A stretch of 64,000 nucleotides of DNA from Fimbriimonas ginsengisoli (GTDB lineage Bacteria > Armatimonadota > Fimbriimonadia > Fimbriimonadales > Fimbriimonadaceae): contig JACOSL010000039.1 in the NCBI GenBank assembly GCA_016179045.1, forward strand, positions 45,439-109,438, written 5' to 3'. The notes beneath the pieces are model-generated. The model saw nothing but the letters and a program-made list of their open reading frames with translations. It searched no databases and was not told the DNA's origin. Below are positions 18,958-30,200 of the stretch, one piece after another (the first letter of the stretch is position 1; each line of letters opens with the position of its first letter). The position numbers and the translations under genes are program-made.

Positions 18958-20121
18958 GTGGGCACAACCCTCCTCCTCGGCGCGGGCTTCGGCGGGCTCG
19001 CGGCGGCCAACGAACTCAAACAACTCGTCGGCACGCAACGCATCGTAGTCGTCGATGGCGGCGAGGGCTTTCGGATCGGGGCGACCAACACGTGGCTCAT
19101 GCTAGGGGCGACCGGCCCCGAAGTCGCAACCCACTCGTGGGCGGGCCTTGCTGCGAAGGGGATCGAGTTCGTTCACGCACGGATCGAGTCGATCGATCCA
19201 GACATCCGTTCGGTCGAGACCGATGCGGGCAAGCTTCAAGGCGACCAGTTGGTGATCGCGCTCGGCGCGGACCTCAACCTCAGGGCCATGCCTGGCCTTG
19301 CGGAAGCCGCCCACCACTTTTATTCCGGTGGCGGTGCTGCCGACCTTCGAGACGCACTTGCCGCGTTCGAGGGCGGACGCGTGGTCATCGTCATCCCGAG
19401 AACGCCCTACAAGTGCCCGGCCGCGCCCTATGAGGCCGCGCTGTTGCTGACCGAATTCCTCTCCAAACCGGGCCGGAAGCGTCCGTCGACGGTGTCGATT
19501 CACACGGTGGAGGGCCAGCCAATGCCGACGGGCGGGACGGAAGTGGGCAAAGCGGTACGCGATCTCCTCGAAGGGGCGGAGATCGGGTTCTTCCCCCAAA
19601 TGAAATTGGAGCGAGCGGATGCGACGACCCGCACCCTACACTTCGAAGGCGGCGAAAAGGTCGGCTACGACCTCCTGATCGCGGTCCCTCCCCACGAGCC
19701 ACACGCCTGCGTTCGGCACGCTGGACTTTTGGGGCCGAGCGGTTGGGTTGCGGTCGACTCTCGGACGCTGGAGACGCCCGGATTCGAGAACGTGTTTGCG
19801 GTGGGCGACGTGAACGGGGTGTCTCTGCCTGGGCGTTACAAGCCCGACGTCCCCCTCTCGATGCCAAAGGCGGGGGTGATGGCGGAAGCCGAGGGTCGGG
19901 TGGTGGCGGGGATCATCGCGAGCCGGCTCGGGCACGGCGAGGCGGCAACCTTCGATGGGCGCGGCTCCTGCTATCTGGAAACGGGCGGCGGTAGGGCGCT
20001 CCGCGCGGAAGGGTCGTTTTATGAAATGCCGGCACCGGTGATGCGACCCGGCGTGGCGAGCGAGGCGGAACTGGCCGACAAGCGGCGCTGGGTTCATGAA
20101 ACGTTCGCGCGGCTGCTATGA
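18958..20121 (+). CDS. FAD-dependent pyridine nucleotide-disulfide oxidoreductase, sulfide:quinone oxidoreductase-like
   Basis: N-terminal LLLGAGFGGLAAA dinucleotide fold, YKCPAAPYEAAL (the SQR-type KCxxAP cysteine motif) and the FAVGD second FAD motif. GTG start. Confidence 0.7.
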   Translation: MGTTLLLGAGFGGLAAANELKQLVGTQRIVVVDGGEGFRIGATNTWLMLGATGPEVATHSWAGLAAKGIEFVHARIESIDPDIRSVETDAGKLQGDQLVIALGADLNLRAMPGLAEAAHHFYSGGGAADLRDALAAFEGGRVVIVIPRTPYKCPAAPYEAALLLTEFLSKPGRKRPSTVSIHTVEGQPMPTGGTEVGKAVRDLLEGAEIGFFPQMKLERADATTRTLHFEGGEKVGYDLLIAVPPHEPHACVRHAGLLGPSGWVAVDSRTLETPGFENVFAVGDVNGVSLPGRYKPDVPLSMPKAGVMAEAEGRVVAGIIASRLGHGEAATFDGRGSCYLETGGGRALRAEGSFYEMPAPVMRPGVASEAELADKRRWVHETFARLL

Positions 20122-20145
20122 GACGTTGGGTGCGCGTCACAATAG

Positions 20146-20485
20146 AGTTGGGAGTCGGCCGGGTGGCGGCCCCGATCGAGCTTCGGCAAGGTCGGGGAGG
20201 AAAGTCCGGACTTCACAGAGCGCGGCGCCCGGCGCAAGCCGGGGCAGGGCGACCTGACGGAAAGTGCCACAGAAACGACACCGCCGGCCCGCAAGGGCCG
20301 GTAAGGGTGAAATGGTGAGGTAAGAGCTCACCGGCGTTGCGGGCAACCGCGACGCCGGGCAAACCCCGCCGGAAGCAAGGCCGAATAGGGAGGGGTTGAC
20401 GCGGCTCGCCGACCCTCCGGGTTGGCCGCATAGACAAATCGCCACACAAACACAGAATCCGGCTTACAGACCGACTCCCAAACGG
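20146..20485 (+). ncRNA. rnpB: RNase P RNA, bacterial type A
   Basis: P1 pairing TTGGGAGTCGG (20148-20158) with CCGACTCCCAA (20471-20481). Universal blocks GGAGGAAAGTCCGGAC, ACAGAAAC, GGTAAGGGTGAAATGGTGAGGTAAGAGCTCACC and ACAGAATCCGGCTTACAG are all present. Confidence 0.93.
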
Positions 20486-20548
20486 CTCGTCGAGCGATTG
20501 TCGGACTATGGTCGAACGATGGTCTGACATTGCCGGAGAAATCGACCG

Positions 20549-22315
20549 TCAGCTAGCCTGGCGCAGTGCGGGCAGCATCTCCGGCTCGACGACCGCTTCG
20601 TGCTCCCATTGCGATTCGAGCAGAATTTGACGCCTCGCCTCTTCCAGCGAGGTGTGTCCACTCAAAACCAGTCGCAGGGCATGGTGAGCCAGCGGCAGAT
20701 ATCCATAAACCGCCGCTCGCTCGCGCAGCCGTTCCAGGGGCTCGCCCGAGGAGATCGCGCTGGAAATCTCCGCATTGATCGACATGATCTCGTGCACGGC
20801 GGTGCGGCCCTTGAAGCCGGTTTGAAAGCATTTGCCGCACCCTTTGGCCTTCCAAAGCACGGGCACTTCGTTCGGGCGCAACGCTCCTGAGATGAACTGG
20901 AGTTCCTCTTCGGTCGGCGCAACGCTCTCGCGGCAATCCGGGCAGAGCAGCCGCAGCAGCCGCTGCGAGACCACGCCCACAAGACAGGTGCTCAGCAGGA
21001 AGGGATCGACCTCCATGTCGAGGAGCCGGGGGATCGACGATGGGGCGTCGTTGCAGTGGAGGGTGCTCAGCACGAGGTGGCCGGTGAGGGCGGCGCGGAT
21101 GGCGGTGTCGGCGGTCTCGCCGTCTCGGATTTCACCAACCATGATGATGTCGGGGTCCTGGCGCAGAGTCGCGCGCAGTTGCGAGGCAAAGGTTAGGCCC
21201 ACCTTCTCGTTCACCTGCGATTGGCTGATCCCGTCGATCTCATATTCGATCGGGTCCTCGCAGGTCATGATGTTGGTCGAAGCGCCCTTGAGTTCGGAGA
21301 GGGCGGCATACAGGGTGGTGGTCTTGCCACTTCCAGTCGGGCCGGTAACGAGCAGAATGCCGTAGGGCTTGCGGATTTGAGTTCGGAAGACCCGCAGGTG
21401 GTCTTCGGAGAAGCCGATCTCCTGCAGCGTCTTGAAGGAGGCGGTCTTGTCGAGAATCCGCAAGACGATGCGCTGGCCATGCTGGTTCGGGAGCACGGAA
21501 ACGCGCAGGTCAATAGTACGATCGTCCAACTCGACTGTTACTCGGCCGTCTTGGGGCACGCGAAACTCGACGATATCGAGCTGGGCCATGATCTTGAGCC
21601 GGGTGGCGAGCATCGGGTGCAGGCTGAGAGGCACCTCGCGCACCTTGAGCAGCATGCCGTCGACCCGGTAGCGGATGTCGACTTGCCGGGCGCGCGGTTC
21701 GATGTGCACGTCGCTCGCGCCAAGCCGGATGGCGTCGGCGAGAATCTGATTGACGAGGCCAACCACAGGGCGCGTGTCGGCTTCGGTGAGGTCCTCGCGC
21801 TGGGCGACGCGGTTCGGATCGATCTTGTAATCCTTGAGCGCCTGGCTGACGAGGCCGTCCAGTCGCCCCTGCGCGGTGGGCGCTCCGCCGTGGCTTTCGT
21901 CGATCGCTTTGACGAGGCGGTCGGATGCCGCGAGCACCGGCTCGATTCGCATGTTGGAGAAATTGCGCACGAGATCGATCGCATCCAGGTCGAGCGGGTT
22001 GCGCATTGCGAGCACGAGCAGATCGCCCCGGACCGCGACGGGCAGCACGTGGTAGGCCCGGCAGATGTGGCCGGGAACGCGGCGCAACGCCTCGACGGTG
22101 GGCGACTTCTCTTCCAATCGCCAAGGCGATACGTTCATCTGCGAGGCGAGCGCGTTAAGCAACAGGTCTTCCGAGAGGAAGCCGAGCGAGACGAGGATGC
22201 TGCCGAGGGGGGCTGGGGTTTCGCGCTGGATGGCAAGGGCCTGGGCGAGCTGCTCGTTCGTTATGAGCTTGAGCGAAACGAGATGCTCCCCAATGCGCTT
22301 CTTGACGTTCGCCAT
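20549..22315 (-). CDS. pilB: type IV pilus assembly / type II secretion ATPase (PilB/GspE family)
   Basis: N-terminal T2SSE_N domain (LITNEQLAQALAIQ), Walker A GPTGSGKTTT, DPDIIMVGEIRD, the His box TGHLVLSTLH and a tetracysteine CPDC...CGKC. No other pilus genes are adjacent. Confidence 0.88.
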   Translation of the reverse strand: MANVKKRIGEHLVSLKLITNEQLAQALAIQRETPAPLGSILVSLGFLSEDLLLNALASQMNVSPWRLEEKSPTVEALRRVPGHICRAYHVLPVAVRGDLLVLAMRNPLDLDAIDLVRNFSNMRIEPVLAASDRLVKAIDESHGGAPTAQGRLDGLVSQALKDYKIDPNRVAQREDLTEADTRPVVGLVNQILADAIRLGASDVHIEPRARQVDIRYRVDGMLLKVREVPLSLHPMLATRLKIMAQLDIVEFRVPQDGRVTVELDDRTIDLRVSVLPNQHGQRIVLRILDKTASFKTLQEIGFSEDHLRVFRTQIRKPYGILLVTGPTGSGKTTTLYAALSELKGASTNIMTCEDPIEYEIDGISQSQVNEKVGLTFASQLRATLRQDPDIIMVGEIRDGETADTAIRAALTGHLVLSTLHCNDAPSSIPRLLDMEVDPFLLSTCLVGVVSQRLLRLLCPDCRESVAPTEEELQFISGALRPNEVPVLWKAKGCGKCFQTGFKGRTAVHEIMSINAEISSAISSGEPLERLRERAAVYGYLPLAHHALRLVLSGHTSLEEARRQILLESQWEHEAVVEPEMLPALRQAS

Positions 22316-22575
22316 AAGCTTCTACCCGCCCTAACTCCTGACATGCCACCGGGCGTGGACTCGGCCCGACCCGAGAACTTCATCGGTTTCTAAACCTCGA
22401 TACCCAAGCGCCCGAGCCCCGTCCTCAGATTCAATGCCAGGTAGGGGCTCGCGACAAACCCGTGATCTTGCCGGGATCGTTCGGGAGCCCGGACCGCGCC
22501 GGGTATCCTATCCGCCAGCTTTGGCTCTCTGCCCCCGGCGAGTCCGCGGGGGCCGCAAGCCCAGGGGGAGCACCC

Positions 22576-22869
22576 ATGAACGATCGCAAATACGAAGCCT
22601 TCTATATCGTCAAGCCGGACCTAAGCGACGCCGAGGTCCAGAATATCGCCGACCGATTCAAGTCGGTTGTGGAGGAAAAGGGCGGCGCGGTGGAGAAGGC
22701 TGCAAAATGGGACAAGCGTAAGCTGGCCTATGAGATCAAGGGGCACCGGGAAGGGAACTACGTGCTGATGAATTTCTCCGTCCCGGCGAACGCACTGGCC
22801 GAGATCAACCGACTTATGCGCATTTCAGACGACCTCATCCGCCATCGAATCTACACCATCGAGGAGTAA
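22576..22869 (+). CDS. rpsF: 30S ribosomal protein S6
   Basis: ATG at 22576 with GGGGGAG upstream. YEAFYIVKPDLSD....WDKRKLAYEIKGHREGNYVLMNF is the family pattern. Confidence 0.92.
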   Translation: MNDRKYEAFYIVKPDLSDAEVQNIADRFKSVVEEKGGAVEKAAKWDKRKLAYEIKGHREGNYVLMNFSVPANALAEINRLMRISDDLIRHRIYTIEE

Positions 22870-22874
22870 CTATC

Positions 22875-23291
22875 GTGCTTAACCGCGTCGTGCTCATCGG
22901 CCGCCTCACCCGCGACCCAGAACTGAAGACCACCGCCTCGGGCAAGAGCGTGGTCGATTTCAGCATCGCCGTCCAGAAGCGAATCAAGCCTGCCGAGGGG
23001 CCCGACGCGGACTTTTTCCGCATCACCGCCTGGGAGAAGACGGCCGAATTCGTGGCGAACTACCTGCACAAGGGCCGCCTCGTGTCGGTCGACGGAAGGC
23101 TCCAATCGCGCAAGTACACCACCACCGACGGCCAGAACCGCGAGGTGGTCGAAATCGTGGCGGATAGCGTCCAATCCCTCGACCGGCCTCGCGAGGACGC
23201 CGCGGGCGGCGGCGCCGAGCCGGTGGGCGTGGCGGCGGGGTCCACATCCGCTCCGAGCGCGGACGAGTACGACCCGTTTGCGGACGAGTAG
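22875..23291 (+). CDS. ssb: single-stranded DNA-binding protein
   Basis: OB fold LNRVVLIGRLTRDPELKTTASGKSVVDFSIAV, FFRITAWEKTAEF, a Gly/Ala-rich linker and the acidic tail DEYDPFADE. Confidence 0.93.
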   Translation: MLNRVVLIGRLTRDPELKTTASGKSVVDFSIAVQKRIKPAEGPDADFFRITAWEKTAEFVANYLHKGRLVSVDGRLQSRKYTTTDGQNREVVEIVADSVQSLDRPREDAAGGGAEPVGVAAGSTSAPSADEYDPFADE

Positions 23292-23297
23292 CCTGCT

Positions 23298-24362
23298 TTG
23301 ATCGATCCCAGGCTAAACGACCGCGGATTCGTGACGCGCCACGACCCTAAGGGCATGCTCGGCCTCTTCGAGGCGTTCCCCGACCAGTGCCGGGAGGCGC
23401 TCAAGATTGGCCGCACGGTCGAGCCGCCGCGCATGGGTGCACGGCCGGGCGTAGTATGCCTAACCGGCATGGGCGGCTCGGCGGCGGGCGGCGACCTGGC
23501 CCGCGCCCTGTTCGAGGCTCAGGGCATTTGCCCGTTTCTGGTGAATCGCGATTACGGCTTGCCGAAGTATGTAGGGCTCGGCGATCTCGTGTTCTGCGTC
23601 AGCTATTCAGGGAACACCGAGGAAACGCTGGCCGCCTACGAAGCGGCGCGCGCGGCGGCAGCCAAGATCGTTGTTGTCGCGAGCGGTGGCCGCCTAGCCG
23701 ACCTGGCGCGCAAAGATCGAAATCCGCTCGCCCTCATCCCGCCTGGGTTGCCGCCAAGGACGTCGCTCGGCCATCTGCTGATGCCGGTGCTGGCCGCGTG
23801 CGAGTCGATGAAGCTCCTGCCCGCGCAGGACTATGAGGCCGCCTTCGCCCTGCTCGACCGGTGCCGCGACATATGGACGGTAGAGGCCAAGGGCGATAAT
23901 CCGGCCAAGACTATTGGCGCCGCGCTCCACGGAGAGCTCGGCGTGCTGATGGGGCTCGGCAGCTGGCAGGGGGTGGTAGCCAACCGCTGGAAGGGCCAAA
24001 TCAACGAAGACGCGAAGAACCTCGCCCTTGCTTCCACCTTCCCGGAGCTGAACCATAACGAGATACTAGGCTGGGCGCAGGCAGAGCGGCAGGGAGTGGC
24101 CGGCTACGTGGCGGTGGTGCTTCGGGATGGCAAGGAAGGCGAGAAGATGCGAACCCGCGAGCGGGTGACCCGGGAGCTCGTGGGTTCCAAGGCCGAGTTC
24201 CATGACGCGGTCGCGCTTGGCGAGAGCCTCCTCGAGCGGATGCTCAGCCTGACCTACCTCGGCGATTTCGTCTCGATCTATCTGGCCGCGCTGAACGGGG
24301 TCGATCCCGAAAACATCGACGCGATAAACGTTCTAAAGACCGAGCTCGGCAAAGTCCGCTAG
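23298..24362 (+). CDS. bifunctional phosphoglucose/phosphomannose isomerase family (SIS domain) protein
   Basis: SIS motifs GMGGSAAGGDL and VSYSGNTEET, plus a C-terminal ELNHNEILGW-type block characteristic of the archaeal/bacterial PGI/PMI family. TTG start. Confidence 0.7.
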   Translation: MIDPRLNDRGFVTRHDPKGMLGLFEAFPDQCREALKIGRTVEPPRMGARPGVVCLTGMGGSAAGGDLARALFEAQGICPFLVNRDYGLPKYVGLGDLVFCVSYSGNTEETLAAYEAARAAAAKIVVVASGGRLADLARKDRNPLALIPPGLPPRTSLGHLLMPVLAACESMKLLPAQDYEAAFALLDRCRDIWTVEAKGDNPAKTIGAALHGELGVLMGLGSWQGVVANRWKGQINEDAKNLALASTFPELNHNEILGWAQAERQGVAGYVAVVLRDGKEGEKMRTRERVTRELVGSKAEFHDAVALGESLLERMLSLTYLGDFVSIYLAALNGVDPENIDAINVLKTELGKVR

Positions 24363-24389
24363 AGCGGCTGCCGGCGACCCGCGCCTCCC

Positions 24390-24417
24390 TGGTCAAAGTC
24401 GCGCGTCTCGGTATAAT
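24390..24417 (+). promoter_or_regulatory. candidate sigma-70 promoter for the respiratory cluster: TGGTCA -16 nt- TATAAT
   Basis: A perfect -10 TATAAT at 24412-24417 and a 4/6 -35 at 24390-24395, about 120 nt upstream of ctaA-ctaB. Sequence pattern only. Confidence 0.35.
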
Positions 24418-24537
24418 CCTGGTCGCTAGGTAGGGCCTGCCACCGATGTTCCCCGGCGCCAAGCAGCCGATCCCCATGTCTCGGCCTTCCTATCCGCGAA
24501 TCTCGCCCCAACCACGAGCACTTGGGGGGGCCGGCCG

Positions 24538-26475
24538 GTGACGCGCACCAGATTCCCCGGGTTCGTCTGGGGCATTCTCATTTACAATTTCCTCACCGTC
24601 GCGTGGGGCGCATTCGTGCGCGCCTCTTTCTCGGGCGATGGGTGCGGCATCAACTGGCCCCTCTGCGACGGGCAGTTCATCCCCACCAATGCGAGCGCGG
24701 CACGCTGGATCGAGTTCAGCCACCGCGCCTCGGCAGGGTTCGTGCTCGTCCTCGTGGCCGCGATGGCGGTCTGGGCGTTCCGCGCCTTTCCCAAGGGCCA
24801 TCAGGCGCGGCCTTGGTCGATCGCATCGCTCGGCTTCACCTGCAGCGAGGCCCTGATCGGCGCGTGGCTCGTCAAGTACAAGCTGGTCGCTCACAACGAG
24901 AGCGCGTACCGGGCGGTGGCGATGACCACCCATCTCATCAACACGTTTCTGCTCCTTGCCGCCCTCACCATCACCCTCGCCTCGGCGACCCGCGACAAGC
25001 CCTTCCGGCTGAGAGGGCAAGGCGCGGTGCCGTGGGCGGTCGGGTTCGGGCTGTTGCTCGTCATCCTGCTCGGCATTACGGGCGCGCTCTCCGCGCTCGG
25101 CCACATGCTGCGGCCCGTGGACAACGTGCTCGCAAGCGCGATCATCCCCGGCGCCCACTACCTCAACCGGCTTCAGCCGCTCCATCCATTGATCGCGACC
25201 AGCGTCGGGCTGTACATCGTGCTGCTCGGCGGGCTGCTCATCCATCTTCGGCCCAGCGAGGAGGTGCGCAACCGGGTTCAGTGGACGGTCATCCTGTACG
25301 CCCTCCAGTTTTCGTTCGGTCTGCTCAACATCGCGCTTTCCGCGCCGGTGTGGATGCAGCTCGTTCACCTCGTGCTCGCCGACGCGCTGTGGGTGAGCCT
25401 TATCCTGACCGCGGTCTCCGCGCTCCGCGAGGGAGTACCCAGCCTCGACACGGTCGAGCGGGAGCAAATCGAGAGTGCGCCGCGCCCTCGCGGCAAGGAG
25501 CTGGTCAGCCACTACGTCAAGCTCACCAAGCCGCGCGTGATCTCGCTGCTGCTGTTCACGACCCTCGCCGCGATGTTCGCGGCGCAGCCCGGCTGGCCGG
25601 GCGGATGGCTGCTCCTCGCGGTGGCGGTGGCGGGCTACATGTCGGCGGGCGCGGCCAATGCGATCAACATGGTGATCGATCGCGACATCGACGCCACCAT
25701 GAAGCGAACCGCGAAGCGCCCGACAGTTACGCTCGAGATTTCACCCGCCAACGCCCTCGTGTTCGGTTTTGCCCTCGCGATCGGCTCGTTCATCCTGTTT
25801 TGGGCGGCGGCGAACCTGCTGGCGGCGATGCTTTCCCTGGCGGGGCTCGTCTTCTATGTCATCGTCTACACCCTCGTTCTCAAGCGGCGAACGTGGCAAA
25901 ACATCGTGATCGGCGGCGCGGCGGGCTGCTTTCCGCCCCTCGTGGGCTGGGCGGCGGTGCGCAACGAGCTTTCCCCTCTGGCCCTCGTGCTATTTGCGAT
26001 CGTGTTCGTGTGGACGCCGGTTCACTTTTGGGCGCTCGCCCTGCTCATCAAGGACGACTACGCCAAGGCGGGCATCCCCATGCTGCCCGTCGTGAAAGGC
26101 GTGCGAACGACTGTCATCCAGATTACCCTCTATGCCGCGTTCACCATGATCGTGTCGGTCCTGCCCCTGGTGCAAGGCGAAGCGAGCTGGCTTTACATGG
26201 GCTCGATCGTGCTGCTCAATGCATTCCTGCTGGCGCGCTGCATCGGGCTGATCCGCACCACCGACAGGCCGCATGCTGTGTCGCTGTATAAGTTTTCGAT
26301 GCTGTATCTGGCACTTCTTTTCCTGATGGTGGCGGCGGATCGGGCGATGATTTGGCATCCAATCGCGCGCACGGATCGGGGTAGTATCAGCGAACTCCCG
26401 AGAGGCATGACGGGGCCACTGGCCTCGCCGGAGGGTCAAGCACGGATGGCGAGGGCGGATGGCTCAACTCTTTAA
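24538..26475 (+). CDS. ctaA-ctaB: fused heme A synthase (CtaA/COX15) and protoheme IX farnesyltransferase (CtaB/CyoE)
   Basis: The N-terminal ~300 aa is polytopic with [13 protein letters not shown] and conserved His-containing helices (COX15). From [17 protein letters not shown] onward it shows the UbiA-type prenyltransferase motifs ([26 protein letters not shown]). Single ORF, GTG start. Confidence 0.85.
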   Translation: MTRTRFPGFVWGILIYNFLTVAWGAFVRASFSGDGCGINWPLCDGQFIPTNASAARWIEFSHRASAGFVLVLVAAMAVWAFRAFPKGHQARPWSIASLGFTCSEALIGAWLVKYKLVAHNESAYRAVAMTTHLINTFLLLAALTITLASATRDKPFRLRGQGAVPWAVGFGLLLVILLGITGALSALGHMLRPVDNVLASAIIPGAHYLNRLQPLHPLIATSVGLYIVLLGGLLIHLRPSEEVRNRVQWTVILYALQFSFGLLNIALSAPVWMQLVHLVLADALWVSLILTAVSALREGVPSLDTVEREQIESAPRPRGKELVSHYVKLTKPRVISLLLFTTLAAMFAAQPGWPGGWLLLAVAVAGYMSAGAANAINMVIDRDIDATMKRTAKRPTVTLEISPANALVFGFALAIGSFILFWAAANLLAAMLSLAGLVFYVIVYTLVLKRRTWQNIVIGGAAGCFPPLVGWAAVRNELSPLALVLFAIVFVWTPVHFWALALLIKDDYAKAGIPMLPVVKGVRTTVIQITLYAAFTMIVSVLPLVQGEASWLYMGSIVLLNAFLLARCIGLIRTTDRPHAVSLYKFSMLYLALLFLMVAADRAMIWHPIARTDRGSISELPRGMTGPLASPEGQARMARADGSTL

Positions 26476-27214
26476 GCCGGCGGCAAACCAGGCCGCGAAG
26501 ATGTCGCTGATCTTCGGCACGACGCTGCCCATCGTGATCGGGCTTATGATCGCGGCGGTTTCGCGCTCGCCGCTCAACACCAAGGTCGAAGTGCCCAAGA
26601 ACCAGCCGGTGCCGTTCAGCCATCAGCACCACGCCTGGGAGCTTGGGATCGACTGCCGGTATTGCCACACCTCGGTGGAGAAGTCGTCGTTCGCGGGCAT
26701 CCCGCCCACCGAGACGTGCATGTCCTGCCATTCGCAAATCTGGACCAACAGCCCGATGCTGGAGCCGATCCGCCAGAGCTACGAGACGGGCACGCCGATC
26801 CGCTGGAACAAGGTGAACAAGGTTCCCGAGTTCGTGTACTTCAACCACAGCATCCACATCGCGCGCGGGCTCAACTGCAACACCTGCCACGGCCCCGTGC
26901 AGGAGATGAACATCACCTATAAGGGCAATGCGTTCCAGATGGCGTGGTGCGTGCAGTGCCACCGCGCGCCGCAAAACTATTTCTACAAAGACGAGAGCCG
27001 GCCCGACCTCTCGCCCCGCCAGCAGGTGTTCAACCTCTACTGGAAGCTGCAGGAGAAGGGTCGCAGCGGCCTGAGCGGGCGCGAACAGGATTTCATCGAG
27101 GGCCACGACCCGATTTCGCTTGCCAAGGACGACGTGGACAAGGGCCGCAAGCTCGTGAACGAATACGGAGTGAAGGTGCAGCAGCTCGCAGACTGCTCGG
27201 TGTGCCACCGATGA
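26459..27214 (+). CDS. actA: alternative complex III subunit ActA (pentaheme cytochrome c)
   Basis: N-terminal TM anchor and five CxxCH motifs (CRYCH, CMSCH, CNTCH, CVQCH, CSVCH). It directly precedes actB. Confidence 0.85.
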   Translation: MAQLFKPAANQAAKMSLIFGTTLPIVIGLMIAAVSRSPLNTKVEVPKNQPVPFSHQHHAWELGIDCRYCHTSVEKSSFAGIPPTETCMSCHSQIWTNSPMLEPIRQSYETGTPIRWNKVNKVPEFVYFNHSIHIARGLNCNTCHGPVQEMNITYKGNAFQMAWCVQCHRAPQNYFYKDESRPDLSPRQQVFNLYWKLQEKGRSGLSGREQDFIEGHDPISLAKDDVDKGRKLVNEYGVKVQQLADCSVCHR

Positions 27215-30200
27215 ACGAAGAGCGACCGGCGAGCATCGATCTGGCCAAGGCGCGCGAGGCCCTCGCGGGCAAGCGCGGGCAGGAATATTGGCGCAGCCTC
27301 GAACAGCTGGCGGAGACGCCCGAATTTCGGGCCTGGGTGGACGACGAGTTCCCCGGCCGCGCGACCTTGGCGCAGATCGACCGCCGCACGATTCTGAAGT
27401 TCATGGGCGCCTCAATGGCGCTCGCCGGCCTTGCGGGCTGTCGCGGCATGTTCCTCGATGAGCCGCGCGTCGTGCCCTACGTCAAGGCGCCGGAAGAGCT
27501 AGTGCCGGGAAAGCCCCTGTTCTACGCGAGCACGTTCTCGCTCGGCGGCTATGGGGTAGGAGTGCTCGTCGAAAGCCACGAAGGCCGCCCAACCAAGATC
27601 GAGGGCAACCCAGATCATCCCGCCAGCCTTGGCGCTTGCAACCCTTGGATGCAAGCATCCATCCTCGGTCTGTACGACCCGGACCGATCACAGAACGTGA
27701 CCAGCCAAGGCGACATCAGCACGTGGAACGCCTTCTTTGCCATTGCGCGCGAAGCGCTCGAAAAGCAGAAGGCTAAGGGCGGCGCGGGCATTCGACTCTT
27801 GACCGAAACTGTCACTTCGCCCACCCTGGCAAGGCAGATCGGCGAGTTCCTCGCCGCCTACCCGAAGGCCCATTGGCACCAATACGAGCCGGGGGCGCGC
27901 GATTCGGCTTACGAGGGCACGATGATGGCGTTCGGGCAGCCGGTCGAGACGGTCTACGACCTATCCAAGGCGAACCGGATCGTGTCGCTCGACGCCGACT
28001 TTCTCACCTCGATGCCGGGCAGCCTGGTTTACTCGCGCCAATTTGCGGATGGGCGCCGGTTGACGGAAGGGCGCACGTCGATGAGCCGACTGTACATGTT
28101 CGAGAGCGGGGTGAGCGTGACGGGGGCGAACGCCGACCACCGCTGGCCGGTGAAGCCGAGCGAGATCGGGGCGATTGCCGCCGAGTTGCTTGCCGCCCTC
28201 AGCGGCAAGCCCGCAACCGGCCCCTACAAGGCTCAGATCGAGCCGATCGCCCGCGACCTCAAGGCTCAGAACGGTGCCACCGTCGTCATCCCCGGTGACG
28301 ACCAGCCAGCAGCGCTTCACGCGACCTGCCACTCGATCAACGAGGTGCTTGGCTCTAAGGCGCGGCAGATCGTCGAGCCAGTCGCGGCTAAGCCCGTAAA
28401 CCATACACGAAGCCTGAGCGAACTTTGCGATGCGATGAAGACTGGCTCGGTGGACGCGCTGTTTATCCTTGGCGGCAACCCGGCCTACGACGCCCCCGCC
28501 GATTTTGGCATCGCCGACGCGCTTGCCAAGGTCAAGCTGAAGGTGCGCCACGGGCTTTACGAGGACGAGACCAGCGCGCTATGCGATTGGCACGTGCCCG
28601 CCACCCACTACCTCGAACACTGGAGCGACGCGCGCGCCTTCGACGGGACCGCATCGATCGTGCAGCCCCTCACCGCGCCCCTATTCGACGGACGCTCGGA
28701 TCATCAGTTGCTTGCAGGGCTCATGGGCAAGCCGGACGACGGCCACGACTTGGTGCAGGAGACTTGGAAGCAGCGCGGCATCCCGAACAGTCCGTTCCCG
28801 AACGACTTCGAGAAAAGCTGGCGCGAGGTGCTGCACGCGGGCTTCGTGCCTGGAACGGCGGCCAAGCTCCCAACTGAAAGTTGGGCCGGGCAGGCCTTGG
28901 TCAAAATGAAGAAGGAAGGGATACTGCTCGGCATCCCGGACGCACCACAGCGGAGCGGTGGCCCTGCTCTAGAAGTCGCCTTCCGGCTCGACCCCGCCCT
29001 CCACGATGGCCGCTTCAACAACCTCGGCTGGCTTCAAGAACTGCCGAGACCGATCACCCAGAACCTTTGGGACAACGCCGCCCTGATGGGCATCGGCGCT
29101 GCCGAGAAGCTCGGCGTCGAAGCCGGCGACATGGTCGAAATCACCGTGGGCGGGCGCACGATCAAGGTGGCGGCAATGCCGCAGCCCGGCCACCCGGAAG
29201 GCTCGATCACGATCCACCTTGGCTGGGGCCGCACCAAGGCGGGCACGGTGGGCAACGGCACCGGCTTCGACGCCTATCCGCTCAGAACCTCGGCCCGGAT
29301 GGGCCACGCGGGCGGCGCGCAGATCAAGAAGATCGACGGCTTCCACAAGGTCCAGACCACCCAGATGCACCACCAGATGGAGTCGTACGGGGACAAGCTG
29401 GACATAATCCGCACCGGCGCCCTCGCCGATTACGCCAAGCATCCGTCGTCGTTCGCGCCCACCATCCATGAATCGCCCGGGCCCGTGGACGAGGCGTTGG
29501 AGAAGAGCCACCACCCCGGCAACGACCAGAACCGCCAAGAGCAGCCCGCGATCACGATGTACGAGGAGGAGGTGTTCAAGACTAACCTGCCGCAGTGGGG
29601 GATGACGATCGACCTCAACTCGTGCATCGGCTGCAACGCCTGCGTGACCGCCTGCCAAGCCGAGAACAACGTGCCCGTGGTGGGCAAGACCCAAGTGGGC
29701 CGCGGGCGCGAGATGCACTGGCTGCGGATCGACCGCTACTACGGGCCTCGCGGCGGGCAGGGCTCGCTCGAGAATCCCGACATGCTGTTCCAGCCGATGA
29801 TGTGCGGCCACTGCGAAATCGCGCCGTGCGAGCCGGTGTGCCCCGTCGGCGCGACGCTGCACAGCCACGAAGGCCTGAACCAGATGGTCTACAACCGCTG
29901 CGTCGGCACCCGCTATTGCAGCAACAACTGCCCCTACAAGGTGCGGCGGTTCAACTTCTTCAACTTCACCGACAACCAAGACCAGTTCAGCACCCAGACC
30001 CCGCCCGACGTGCGCGAACCCAAGCACAACGGCATTCAATTGCTGAAGATGCTGAACAACCCGAACGTGACCGTGCGTGGGCGCGGCGTGATGGAGAAGT
30101 GCACGTACTGCGTGCAGCGCATCAACGATGCGCGCATCGAGGCGAAGAAGGGCGGGCGACCGATCGCCGACGGCGATATCGTCACCGCCTGCCAGCAGGC

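Noticed and set aside
20549-22315. A type IV pilus or type II secretion gene cluster
   Set aside because: Only the ATPase is present. The neighbours are RNase P RNA and rpsF, so no system can be claimed from this window.
21221-22393. 390-aa + strand ORF
   Set aside because: It lies antisense to pilB/gspE, which has a full set of secretion-ATPase motifs.
24490-26291. 340-aa minus-strand ORF and 589-aa + strand alternate-frame ORF over ctaA-ctaB
   Set aside because: Both are Arg/Pro/Gly-rich with no motifs. The 24538 frame gives coherent COX15 and UbiA-family membrane domains.
26944-27210. Upstream extension of the actB ORF
   Set aside because: It overlaps actA in another frame. The Tat signal and the ATGA junction fit the ATG at 27211.
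28969-30039. 356-aa minus-strand ORF
   Set aside because: It lies antisense to actB.
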